This document shows positions 1 to 10,672 of a stretch of DNA of 35,075 bases, piece after piece. A program made the position numbers and the translations under genes. Below the pieces are notes generated by a model. It did no database searches, had not been told where the DNA came from, and worked only from the letters and a program-made list of their open reading frames with translations. Source of the stretch: Chiloscyllium plagiosum. Lineage: Eukaryota. The stretch spans positions 2,953,022 through 2,988,096 of the forward strand of contig NC_057760.1 in assembly GCF_004010195.1 (NCBI RefSeq), in the 5' to 3' direction. Each line of letters begins with the position of its first letter. The stretch's first letter is position 1.

Positions 1-131
1 ATTCCTGATGAAGGGCTCCTGCCCGAAACGTCGATTTTCCTGCTCCTCGGATGCTGCCTGAACTGCTGTGCTTTTGCAGCACCACTCTAATCCAGAATCT
101 GATTTCCAGCATCTGCAGTCATTGTTTTTAC
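1..131 (+). mobile_element. Penelope-like element terminus with a minimal hammerhead-like motif
   Basis: CTGATGA-A-GGGC-TCCT-GCCC-GAAAC-GTC at 5-32, then gatgctgcctgaactgctg..ccagcatctgcag. Same terminal family as the sequence attached to GIY-YIG coding sequence at 28855-29356. Confidence 0.75.
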
Positions 132-386
132 AGAGTGAAGATCCCAACCCCCCACCGTCAAACCCTCCCAGGACAGGGACAGCACAGGGTTAGATACAGA
201 GTAAAGCTCTCTCTACACTGTCCCCCCACCGTCAAACCCTCTAAGGACAGGGACAGCATGGTGTTAGATACAGAGTGAAGATCCCAACCCCTCCACCATC
301 AAACCCTCCCAGGACAGGGACAGCACGGGGTTAGATACAAAGTAAAGCTCTCTCTACACTGTCCCCCCATCAAACCCTCCCAGGAC
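132..386. repeat. Degenerate minisatellite (ggacagggacagcacagggttagatacagagt... units)
   Basis: Several imperfect tandem copies visible directly. Confidence 0.8.
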
Positions 387-409
387 GACCCTTCAGGCAT
401 TCTGCCTGT

Positions 410-540
410 ATTCCTGATGAAGGGCTCCTGCCCGAAACGTCGATTTTCCTGCTCCTCGGATGCTGCCTGAACTGCTGTGCTTTTCCAGCACCACTCTAAT
501 CCAGCATCTGATTTCCAGCATCTGCAGTCATTGTTTTTAC
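410..540 (+). mobile_element. Second copy of the Penelope-like terminus (direct repeat of 1-131)
   Basis: Near-identical to 1-131. Motif at 414-441. The duplication extends into flanking satellite to about 585. Confidence 0.75.
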
Positions 541-616
541 AGAGTGAAGATCCCAACCCCCCCACCGTCAAACCCTCCCAGGACACCTGAGGTGTTCCCT
601 TGCCCAGAATCCAGAG

Positions 617-990
617 ACCTGTTTTCCCTTGAGCATCGGAGGCTTGGGGGTGACCTTGTAGATGTTTATAAGATCATGAGGGGCAAGATCTTTTTCACAG
701 GGGAGGGGAGTCAAGAGCTAGAGGGAATAAGTTTAACGTGAAAGGGGAAAGATTTTAAAGAAACCTAAGGGGTACCTTTTTCATGCAGAGGGTGGTATGT
801 GTACAGAATGAGCTGCCAGAGGAAGTGGTGGAGGCTGGTACAGTTACAACATTGAAAAGGCATCTGGATGGGTATATGAATAGAAAGAGCTTAGAGAGAT
901 GCTGGCAGATAGGACTACATTAGGTTGGGTTATCTGGTCAGCCATAGAGGAGTTGGACCGAAGGGTCTGTACCTCTCAATGTCTCTATGA
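617..990 (+). mobile_element. CR1-clade LINE 3' fragment
   Basis: Translates LFSLEHRRLGGDLVDVYKIMRG (CR1 ORF2 C-terminal motif). Followed by the tail ttggaccgaagggtctgt...ctctatgact. Confidence 0.85.
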
Positions 991-1214
991 CTGAAGGCAG
1001 AGAGAGATAGTGAACATGCTGATGTCTTCTGGCAACAACAACTGGGAACACTGACACAAACCAATCAGTAACTTGCTGCTGGCCAAATCCCATTCTGCAA
1101 TCCCTGTGCTGACCTGGTGGCCAGGTCTTACCTCTCCTCTCCCACTGCATGAACAAAGCAACAGTGTTAACACAGCTCACAAGGAACTTGTTTTCAAATG
1201 TATAGCAATTCCTT

Positions 1215-1700
1215 CAGCATGTACACAGGCCCTTCAGCCCATACCTCCCAGTAATCCAGTTCCATTTACCTGTGTTTGGTCCATATCCCTCCATACCATC
1301 CCATCCACGCCCCTGTCTAAATGGTCCTTAAATGGTAATACTGTACTCACTTGCAGCACTACCTCTGACAACCCGTTACAGAGACTCCCCACCCTCTGTG
1401 TGGAAAACATGCCCCTGTGGACCTCTCACCTTAAACCTATGCCCCCTCCCCCTGTTTTAAACACCCCTAGAAGGGGGTAAAAGCTGCCAGCTAGCCATGC
1501 CTCTTGTGACTTTATAGACCTCTATAAGGTCACCCCTCAGTCCCCTACACTCCAGGGAAAAACACAGTCCCCGCCTGTCCAACATCTCCTTGCACCTCAC
1601 ACCCTACAGTCCAGGGAGCAGCCCCGTAAACCCTCCCTGCACCCTTTCCAGTTGAATAATGTCCTTTCTATCGTCGGGTGACCAGAACTGCATGCAGTCC
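1215..1700 (-). mobile_element. Degenerate CR1 LINE 3' fragment
   Basis: Reverse strand reads cagttctggtcacc..ctggaaagggtgcag..ctgaggggtgaccttatagaggtctataaa (QFWSP..LERVQ..LRGDLIEVYK). Confidence 0.8.
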
Positions 1701-2499
1701 TTGGTTTTAAAACAGTACTTTTGCCATTTTAGTACAGAAGAGGGGAAGGAGATGGGGTCCTCACACTGACGATGGCTATCTGTTGGGTTTCAGGTCCTTG
1801 TGCATGTGCAGCAGCTCTGAGTTTCCTTCAAGCAGCACAGGATCTGCTCAGCTGTCTGTGAGTGACCGTCGGCCTGGTGGATAGGATGAACTCGCTGCTC
1901 AAGGAGGTGTTTGGTGATTCCCTGCAACAGTTACTGTGCTGCGTGTCAGCACAGGCAGACAGGAAAAGCCCAGGCATCAGTCATCGTGGCCGAAGGAGCC
2001 GGGAGGATTACCTGGGGCAGCTGCGAGATCTGGAGGAGGAGAAGTATGTGTCACAAGCAGGGATTGATGGCAGGCTGTTTGACTGGGAGTGGCTTCACAG
2101 CCTGGGTTCCTGACTTCCCCCAGCACATTTCACACACCCTGAAATATCATCCCGTGGTTTATGACGCAGCAGTCCAGTATTTTGATTTTTAAGAACTTAC
2201 TTGTGAGATGATTTTGCCCCTTTGCCTGTGGGGTTGCCCCTCCCCCACACCAATGATGGGGAATACTACAGGGTTACCCCTTTATCCTGTCCCACCACCG
2301 AACACACTGAGGCCAGTCAAATACATTTGGCCTTCAGTCCCCCCCACTCCCCATATAGCACCATTCGGCCCTCTCTCTGTGGAAATGTCAGAGTTAGGTT
2401 ATGGCCAGGGGAGGAGGCCATTCAGCCCATCCCTGCACCCTATCCCCTGTAGACGTCCTTCCAATGAGAGCTTCTCCATTTTCCTTTTAAAGTCACCCA

Positions 2500-2874
2500 C
2501 TACGTTAGAGCCCGGGTGTCCTTGGAGAAGGAGTACGCGGTGTCGACCAACACCCTGGAGTTGTTCAGGGAGAGGTGGGCGCCGCAGGGAGTGGCTCTAT
2601 TTTGTTTAGTCCCTACCCTCCCCTTCACTGTTTGATCACACAGCACTGCCCTTTGATGTGAAGGGCAGTGTTTGTCACTGGCCACCTGGGTGTTTTCCTA
2701 TCTTCCTGGTGGTGGAATTTGAATAAAGATTCGTGCACTTTGTGTCTTTCACTGTGTCTCACACCTGCACACCATGGGTGCTGGGAAAAAAATAAGCACT
2801 ACCGCACTTAGATGGTAGTGTGGGGGTTAAAAAATTTTAAAAAAAGAAAAAAAAGAAAGAAAAAAATAAATAAA
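2500..2874 (+). mobile_element. 5'-truncated Tx1/L1-type LINE 3' end with A-rich tail and 12-bp TSD
   Basis: YVRARVSLEKEYAVSTNTLELFRERWAPQG resembles a Tx1 ORF2 C-terminus. A-rich tail at 2829-2878. TSD taaagtcaccca at 2488-2499 and 2875-2886. Confidence 0.8.
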
Positions 2875-3159
2875 TAAAGTCACCCATTGTGTGACTCCCT
2901 CCCTCACTGGCTCCTCCCCATCCCAGGGCAGTGACCACTTGCTTTACAAAACAGTTTGCCATCACGTTCTCTCCAAGAAACACTGCCTTCCCAACACCCC
3001 AGCATCCGTGGACTCACTGCTCCCCACCAGCTCAGATTTCCTTTCTGTCTGCTAAAGATTTCATGCTCTCCCCGCCCCCCCCACTTTCCCATATCCTCGT
3101 TTTCACATTCTGCTCCACACGGAGTAGCTCCTTTCTGGGCCCAGGGTTTGGGGGGATAG

Positions 3160-3659
3160 NNNNNNNNNNNNNNNNNNNNNNNNNNNNNNNNNNNNNNNNN
3201 NNNNNNNNNNNNNNNNNNNNNNNNNNNNNNNNNNNNNNNNNNNNNNNNNNNNNNNNNNNNNNNNNNNNNNNNNNNNNNNNNNNNNNNNNNNNNNNNNNNN
3301 NNNNNNNNNNNNNNNNNNNNNNNNNNNNNNNNNNNNNNNNNNNNNNNNNNNNNNNNNNNNNNNNNNNNNNNNNNNNNNNNNNNNNNNNNNNNNNNNNNNN
3401 NNNNNNNNNNNNNNNNNNNNNNNNNNNNNNNNNNNNNNNNNNNNNNNNNNNNNNNNNNNNNNNNNNNNNNNNNNNNNNNNNNNNNNNNNNNNNNNNNNNN
3501 NNNNNNNNNNNNNNNNNNNNNNNNNNNNNNNNNNNNNNNNNNNNNNNNNNNNNNNNNNNNNNNNNNNNNNNNNNNNNNNNNNNNNNNNNNNNNNNNNNNN
3601 NNNNNNNNNNNNNNNNNNNNNNNNNNNNNNNNNNNNNNNNNNNNNNNNNNNNNNNNNNN
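3160..3659. other. Assembly gap (500 N)
   Basis: Run of N. Confidence 1.
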
Positions 3660-4508
3660 GCGAGGTGCTCCCCGTGTCCCGGTCCGTACAGAACGAGGTG
3701 CTCCCCATGTCTCGGAGCGAGGTGCTCCCCGTGTCCCGGGCCGTAGGGAGCGAGGTGCTCCCCGTGTCCCGGTCCGTACGGAGCGAGGTGCTCCCCGTGT
3801 CCCGGTCCGTACAGAACGAGGTGCTCCCCGTGTCTCGGAGCGAGGTGCTCCCCGTGTCCCGGTCCGTAGGGAGCGAGGTGCTCCCCGTGTCCCGGTCCGT
3901 GCGGAGCGAGGTGCTCCCCGTGTCCCGGTCCGTACAGAGCGAGGTGCTCCCCATGTCCCGGTCCGTACGGAGTGTGGTGCTCCCCTTGTCCCGGTCCGTA
4001 CGGAGCGAGGTGCTCCCCGTGTCCCGGTCCGTACGGAGTGTGGTGCTCCCCTTGTCCCTGTCCGTACGGAGCGAGGTGCTCCCCGTGTCCCGGTCCGTGC
4101 GGAGCGAGGTGCTCCCCTTGTCCCGGTCCGTACGGAGTGTGGTGCTCCCCTTGTCCCGGTCCGTACGGAGCGAGGTGCTCCCCGTGTCCCGGTCCGTGCG
4201 GAGCGAGGTGTTCCCCGTGTCCCGGTCCGTACGTAGTGTGGTGCTCCCCTTGTCCCGGTCCGTACGGAGAGAGGTGCTCCCCGTGTCCCGGTCCGTAGGG
4301 AGCGAGGCGCTCCGCGTGTCCCGGTCCGTAGGGAGCGAGGTGCTCCCCGTGTCCCGGTCCGTACGGAGCGAGGCGCTCCGCGTGTCCCGGTCCGTAGGGA
4401 GCGAGGTGCTCCCCGTGTCCCGGTCCGTACGGAGAGAGGTGCTCCCCGTGTCCCGGTCCGTAGGGACCGAGGTGCTCCCCTTGTCCCGGTCCGTAGGGAG
4501 CGAGGTGC
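3660..4508. repeat. CpG-rich 33-bp minisatellite (ggagcgaggtgctccccgtgtcccggtccgtac)
   Basis: About 25 tandem units; 11-aa periodicity in the ORF track; runs into the gap. Confidence 0.97.
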
Positions 4509-4591
4509 TTGGATATTCACTTGGGTTGTCCACTTCCGTACGATCCTGTCTGACTCTCTGCAATTCCTTTTCATTCTGTTTTGCTTCCCAG

Positions 4592-4674
4592 GTTTCCCAT
4601 TCTCTGTGACACCTCATGACAACCTCCCCGATGAGGATACGCTGCTCCCTAAAGGTCTCTGGGATACCAGGAAG
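4592..4674 (+). CDS. CRTC2: CRTC2-like coding exon A (first exon visible in the window)
   Basis: Acceptor ttttgcttcccag| and donor AAG|gtgagt. Translates xFPFSVTPHDNLPDEDTLLPKGLWDTRK, matching the CRTC 'WD(A/T)KK' exon. The phase-0 end fits the next exon. Confidence 0.8.
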
Positions 4675-4700
4675 GTGAGTATGTTCAGTGTGATCACGGT

Positions 4701-5008
4701 TTAGATTACATTACAGTATGGAAACAGGCCCTTCAGCCCAACAAGTCCACACCGACCCGCCGAAGCGCAACCCACCCATACCCCTACATTTACCCCTTAT
4801 TACCTAACACTACGGGCAATTGGCATGGCCAATTCACCTGACCTGCACATCTTTGGACTGTGGGAGGAAACCGGAGCCCCCGGAGGAAACCCACGCAGAC
4901 ACGGGGAGAACGTGCAAACTCCACACAGTCAGTCGCCTGAGGCGGGAATTGAACCCGGGTCTCTGGCGCTGTGAGGTAGCAGTGCTAACTGCTGTGCCAC
5001 CGTGCCGT
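4701..5008 (-). mobile_element. tRNA-derived V-SINE (HE1-like elasmobranch SINE)
   Basis: Minus strand shows a tRNA-like head with Pol III A/B-like boxes, the V-domain GTGTGGAGTTTGCACGTTCTCCCCGTGTCTGCGTGGGTTTCC, and a CR1-like tail ending in TAATCTAA. Confidence 0.9.
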
Positions 5009-5074
5009 CTGGACTGTGATGCTTTCACCTTAAAGCTGTGCTCAGCACACTGACTGAACTCTGCTTATGCACAG

Positions 5075-5124
5075 GTCCAGAGCGTGACGTCACGGCCGAG
5101 ATCCTGCGAGGTCCCTGGCATCAA
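5075..5124 (+). CDS. CRTC2: CRTC2-like coding exon B
   Basis: gcacag| ... |gtaagt. Translates VQSVTSRPRSCEVPGI(N), the conserved CRTC SRP(R/K)SCEVPGIN motif. Ends in phase 2. Confidence 0.93.
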
Positions 5125-5339
5125 GTAAGTCTCCGTTGTGTTGAATGCGGACTATGCTATGTCGGAGAAAGCAGCATTCCCAGACCTAATGGGTTCTGAT
5201 ATCAGCAAATGTATCAACTGCCCATAACTGAGACAGTTGTATTGGGGTTAACTCACTCGACTCGCAATCCAGAGGCCCACGCAATTTCTGGGAATGTGTT
5301 CAGATTCCACCACCACAATTGGTGAAGTTTAAATTCACG

Positions 5340-5702
5340 ACCGTACGGAGGTTTATAAAATCATGAGGGGCCTGGATCAGGTAAATAGACGAAGTCTTTT
5401 CCCCAGGGTGGGGGAGTCCATGACTAGAGGGCATAGGTTTAAGGTGAAAAGGGAAAGATTTAAAGGGGAATTAAGGGCACACAGAGGGTTTTACGTGTAT
5501 GGAATGAGCTGCCAGAGGAAGTGGTGGAGACTGGTCTAATTACAGCATTTAAAAGGCAGCTGGATGGGTATATGAATAGGAAGGGTTTGGGGGATATCGG
5601 CCAAATGCGACTAGATTAGTTCAGGATTTCTGGTCAGCATGGACAAGTTTGGATGCATTGGACTGAAAACTCTGTTTCTATGCTGTACATCTCTGTGAGT
5701 GT
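5340..5702 (+). mobile_element. CR1 LINE 3' fragment
   Basis: gaggtttataaaatcatgaggggc (EVYKIMRG); homologous to 617-990. Confidence 0.85.
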
Positions 5703-6218
5703 CTAACCAGCTTCTCACCCCGTACTGTCCCTGTCTTGGGAACGTTGGATAGGGATATTATGGGAAGGACTCAGTGTTTTTCTCGTGAATACTGAGGTTG
5801 AGCAGCATCCTGACGGGGAATTTGTCTTTTCCCCAGGCAATCTGTATCGTTGTGGATATCGGAGAGGTGCTAACTCCTTGCAGCGTGAGCTTTGTGCTGC
5901 TTTGCCTTGGTCCCTTTCCCTCCTGTTACCCCAGGGACACATGGCCCTCTGAAAACAAACTCTCCAAAGCTTTCCCAAGGGATTTGTGCTATTTTCCCAG
6001 TGACTGTCTTCCCTGTTAACCCCAGGGACCCCCTCACAGCCCACACAGCAGGGGTGCAGGGCACAGTCTCGGGCATGGCTAGGCAGAATGGGGGGGGGAG
6101 GTGTGTGGATAATCAGGTGGGCAGGGGCGGGGTGGGATGGGGTTGTGGTAGCGATAGGCCTGTCAGTGTGGAATGGCAGCACAGTGGGCATACCATACCG
6201 TCCCATACCCACATTGGA

Positions 6219-6377
6219 CAGGGGGGGATGGGGATCCCCCTCTCTCCTCCCTCCCTCAGTTAGGGTGTTAATGATGCCCCTCAGCCATGAGACCTCTCAG
6301 GGGGGGGATGGGGATCCCCCTCTCTCCTCCCTCCCTCAGTTAGGGTGTTAATGATGCCCCTCAGCCATGAGACCTCT
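6219..6377. repeat. Local tandem duplication of about 79 bp
   Basis: cagggggggatggggatccccc...catgagacctct occurs twice head to tail. Confidence 0.9.
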
Positions 6378-6798
6378 CCACCCAACTCAGGGCCGTGTTT
6401 CATATTGACTATGGAGCTGTCTTGTTGTGTTGTGCCTGGGGGTGGCATCTGACTGGTATCCAGCCTCTTGAGGGTTGCCCATTCCTGACCCACGGATGGG
6501 TTTTAAAGGTGGCAGTGGTAACGTCTTGCAGCAGCTGACCCTGCGTATCTCTCCCCCGTGCAGTAAAGCCCAGCCACTGTTTGCTGCTCACCCTTTGGAA
6601 GATATGGAGGAGTCCATGAGCTGGGCACCACCGGCCCAGCACAAAGATGAGCTGTGGAGACGGGCCACAAAGAAGGGGCAAGTAAACTGCGCGGCCTTTC
6701 CCATCATTCCTCACCCTTACCCCCAATTACCACCCCCGCCCTGGCATTCCCTGCCCATCCACCGCTCCTCAACCCCATTCCCCCACCATGCCCCAGCT

Positions 6799-7440
6799 NN
6801 NNNNNNNNNNNNNNNNNNNNNNNNNNNNNNNNNNNNNNNNNNNNNNNNNNNNNNNNNNNNNNNNNNNNNNNNNNNNNNNNNNNNNNNNNNNNNNNNNNNN
6901 NNNNNNNNNNNNNNNNNNNNNNNNNNNNNNNNNNNNNNNNNNNNNNNNNNNNNNNNNNNNNNNNNNNNNNNNNNNNNNNNNNNNNNNNNNNNNNNNNNNN
7001 NNNNNNNNNNNNNNNNNNNNNNNNNNNNNNNNNNNNNNNNNNNNNNNNNNNNNNNNNNNNNNNNNNNNNNNNNNNNNNNNNNNNNNNNNNNNNNNNNNNN
7101 NNNNNNNNNNNNNNNNNNNNNNNNNNNNNNNNNNNNNNNNNNNNNNNNNNNNNNNNNNNNNNNNNNNNNNNNNNNNNNNNNNNNNNNNNNNNNNNNNNNN
7201 NNNNNNNNNNNNNNNNNNNNNNNNNNNNNNNNNNNNNNNNNNNNNNNNNNNNNNNNNNNNNNNNNNNNNNNNNNNNNNNNNNNNNNNNNNNNNNNNNNNN
7301 NNNNNNNNNNNNNNNNNNNNNNNNNNNNNNNNNNNNNNNNNNNNNNNNNNNNNNNNNNNNNNNNNNNNNNNNNNNNNNNNNNNNNNNNNNNNNNNNNNNN
7401 NNNNNNNNNNNNNNNNNNNNNNNNNNNNNNNNNNNNNNNN
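6799..7440. other. Assembly gap (642 N)
   Basis: Run of N flanked by C-rich low-complexity sequence. Confidence 1.
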
Positions 7441-7624
7441 CGCTCTTCACCCCTCCCATTCGCCGCCAATAACCCACACTGCACGCCCCATTCCCCGCCA
7501 ATCCCCCTGCCCTTCTCTTCACCCTCCCACTTCCCATCCTGCACTGTTCCCCCTCCACAACCCAGATCCATGTTTCCCCACTCTATAGCCCATGGGGACC
7601 CTGTGTAACGTTTACTGATCTGTT

Positions 7625-8495
7625 GTTGGCACAAATCTAGCTGGGACAGTGAGATTTTGAGGATGATGTATAGAGGATTCCAGGGGATTTGGACAGACTG
7701 AGTGAGTGGACCAGAACTCGGCAGATGGAATATCATGTGGAAAACCGTGACGTTATCCTCAGAAGTGCAAAGAATTGTGTTTTTACCTGATTGGGATATT
7801 TGTGAAAGGTTGATGCTTTTCCAAGGAACCTGGGTGACTGTGTTACTGAGTCACAAAGTTAACATGGAGCTGCAGCAAGTCAACAGGAGGGGCAACAGCA
7901 CGTTGGTCCTCATTGGAAGAGGCTTTCAGTACAGGAGGAAGAACATCTTACTGCAGTTGTACAGAGCCTGGGTGAGACACCCACCTGAGTATTGTGTACA
8001 GTTTTAGTCTCCTGATCTGAAGAAGGATATAATCACCAGGGAATGATGCAGTGATTGTTCATTGCACAGATCTCTAGGCCGGTGGGATTACCCGATGAGG
8101 CCGGGTCTTGGAGAGCCGACCTGTATTCTCAGAGTGGAGAAGAATGGGCAGGGATCTCCAGGAGGCTTACAACATTCTTACAGAACCCAACAGAGGAAAT
8201 GCTGGAAAGAAGTTAGCCCGGACTGAAGGGGGAGCTAGAACCAAGGACACAGTCTCAGAATGAGGAGGAAGCCCTTTCGGAGTGAGAGATGAGGAATTTT
8301 TTTCTGAGAGGAGAGTAGAGCTTTCCAATTCCCTTATCCAGAGGCAGTGTAAGCTCAAACTGTGACTGTCTTCCACATTGAGATTTCGAGATGAGGCATT
8401 AGGGGATATGATTATAATTGGGGGAAAATGGTGATGAGTTAGGTGTTCAGCCATGAGCTAGACTGGTCAGGCTGGAGGGGCTGAATGTCCTCCTG
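7625..8495 (+). mobile_element. Degenerate CR1 LINE ORF2/3' fragment
   Basis: Pieces translate as DLDRLSEW..WQMEY and ILLQLYRAWVRHPPEYCVQF, typical CR1 post-RT motifs, with stops and frameshifts. Confidence 0.85.
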
Positions 8496-8532
8496 GCTGT
8501 GTTCCTATCTAACTGTGAACCTTCCATTGTAG

Positions 8533-8783
8533 CATCTTCCCATCACCGGAGCAAGCCAGCAGCATGTCCCACGTTTCTGGAGCACTGAACACAGGCGGGT
8601 CTCTCCCAGATCTAACAAACCTGCACTTCCCATCTCCGCTGCCCACCCCACTCGATCCTGAGGAGTCGGTCTTCTCGAGTATCAGTGGAGGCAACAGCAC
8701 AGGCAACCTCACCACGACCATGACCCACCTGGGAATCGGTGGGGGGTCCCTGGCAATGGCCTCCAACTATGAGTCAGCAGGGG
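8533..8783 (+). CDS. CRTC2: CRTC2-like coding exon C (regulatory domain, GGSLPDL phospho/14-3-3 site)
   Basis: cattgtag| ... G|gtaagg. Translates [73 protein letters not shown], a hallmark CRTC block. Phase 2 in, phase 1 out. Confidence 0.97.
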
Positions 8784-8795
8784 GTAAGGTTCATC

Positions 8796-8865
8796 TGTCC
8801 CTGTCTCCGTCTCCGTCTCTCTGTCTCTGTCTCTCTGTCTCTCTCTTTTTCTCTCTCTTTCTACC

Positions 8866-8907
<42 letters not shown>

Positions 8908-8908
8908 G
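8796..8908. repeat. (CT)n/(CTGT)n microsatellite
   Basis: Seen directly, just downstream of the exon C donor. Confidence 0.95.
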
Positions 8909-9337
8909 CTCTTTGAAAGAGCTCACCAATGATCCCCACTTACGGAACATCTCTCCGTTTTCCCTTCTTTGTTGTGTTTTACAAGTTCCAGCTGTACGTG
9001 TTCCTGCTGCACATTCAGGCAGTGTGTTCCGGATCACAGCAATTCATTGTGTGAGGTGTGTTTCCTCACCCCTCCTTGGTTTCTGTTTCCAATTATCCTA
9101 AATCTATGTCCTGGTTATCTCTCTCGCACACAGCCGCACCTTGTCACACAGCCACCAGTGGAAATCACTTCTCCTTAATTCCTCAGCCTGAGTTGGCTGT
9201 TAAATCTCCCCCTCACCTTTTCTACTCGGAGGAGAGCAGTCTCCGTGTCTGCAGACTCTGTGTGATTGAGTAGCCTTCTACCCTGGTGCATCTCTGGTGA
9301 AGCTCTTCTTCTCTCCGCCCTCGGCTGACTTCCGCAA

Positions 9338-9654
9338 AGATTCATACAATCCATGCAGTGTGGACGCAGGCCTTTTAGCTCATTGAGTCCACACTGACCC
9401 ACCGAAAAGCATCCCACTCAGACCCACACCCCTGCCCGATCCCTAGAACCCTGCATTTCCCGTGACTAATCCACCTTCCCCGCACAACCTTTGACCCTAC
9501 AGACAATTTACTGTGGTCAATCCACCTAACCTGAGGGAACCGGAGCACCCGGAGGAAACCCACGCAGACACGGGGAGAACTCCAAGAGTGGTATCGAACC
9601 CAGGTCATTGTTGCTGTGAGGCAGCAATGCCAACCCCTGAGCCACCATGTCACC
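9338..9654 (-). mobile_element. Diverged V-SINE copy
   Basis: ggaaccggagcacccggaggaaacccacgcagacacggggagaa core shared with 4701-5008. Confidence 0.8.
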
Positions 9655-9934
9655 TAAGGGGGTCAGGAGCTGCCTTTTAGCTGGTGTGGTAGGAATGCCG
9701 GAATCAGTGAGGCATCCTACTGATCACCAGCCACTGGCAGCTTAGTATTTGGGTGGAGGCTGGCGGAGGCTTTATCTGTGATTTTCTCCTTTGTAGAATG
9801 GCCTGCAGATAATTGCTGCCGAGCCTGTAACACTGCCACAGGCCTGGGGCTAACTGTTTTTGTTGGATGAACATAGTGAAGCTATTTCAATACATCTCCA
9901 TGTTAATACAGACTTGTTTTGTATTGTTCCCCAG

Positions 9935-10371
9935 GGTTGTCCTCTTCATTACAGGGGTCTCTGAGTAACATGTCTCTGCAGTCCTCGCTCAGTAACCCGT
10001 CACTGCAGTCCTCACTTAGCACCCAGTCACTCAGTAACTCATCACTGCAGTCCTCTCTCAGTAACCCCTCCCTCCAGTCCTCTCTCAGCAGTTCCTCCCT
10101 TCGTACGTCGCTCAGCAACCCGTCGCTTCAGTCACCGACGGGTAACCCTCCGCTGCAGCCCGCGGTCAACGCTGCCTCCAAGCAGTCTCCGCTGAGCACC
10201 TCGTCGCTGCACGGTTCGCTGAACAGCTCACTTCCGCCTGGCTCCATCAGCACATCGCCTCGGAGGAGGGTCCCACTCAACCCTCTCGTCCTGTCCGGTG
10301 GTGATTCCAGGAGGACCCACAGCAAGCAATTCTCACCCACCATGTCTCCCACCCTCTCCTCCATCACGCAG
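9935..10371 (+). CDS. CRTC2: CRTC2-like coding exon D (Ser/Leu-rich repeats; RRVPLx[18 protein letters not shown])
   Basis: gttccccag| ... CAG|gtaaga. The C-terminal [16 protein letters not shown] matches CRTC2 as recalled. Phase 1 in, phase 0 out. Confidence 0.96.
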
Positions 10372-10672
10372 GTAAGAGGCAAGGGCCAAAGGCTTCAGCC
10401 TGGCCCTGGAAACGTGGGGGTGAAGCGGCAGAGCCACAGTGGGCACACAGCCGCAGGTGGTACATGGAGCTGCACAGTGGCTGTGTAACTGGTGGGGGGG
10501 GGCGTCAGTGCATGTACCAACATAGAGAAGTGGGGCGGGACAGGCTCATGGGAGTAGGAAGGCGACTGGAGGCTTTGTACATTGGGGATGTGAATTCGGA
10601 GGCAGCATTGTGTGGCTTGTCTGCTGCTGGAACACCTTCTCAGGAGATCTAACTTCCTGCTTCATGTTGCAG

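Noticed and set aside
1..4591. Upstream CRTC2 exons (CREB-binding domain, RTNSDSALH site)
   Set aside because: Not found in readable sequence; probably upstream of the window, and a small exon could hide in the gap.
2904..4617. ORFs of 270-556 aa across the gap and the 33-bp array
   Set aside because: Artefacts of N runs and a triplet-length minisatellite.
6475..7736. ORFs spanning the second gap
   Set aside because: Mostly X residues from the N run.
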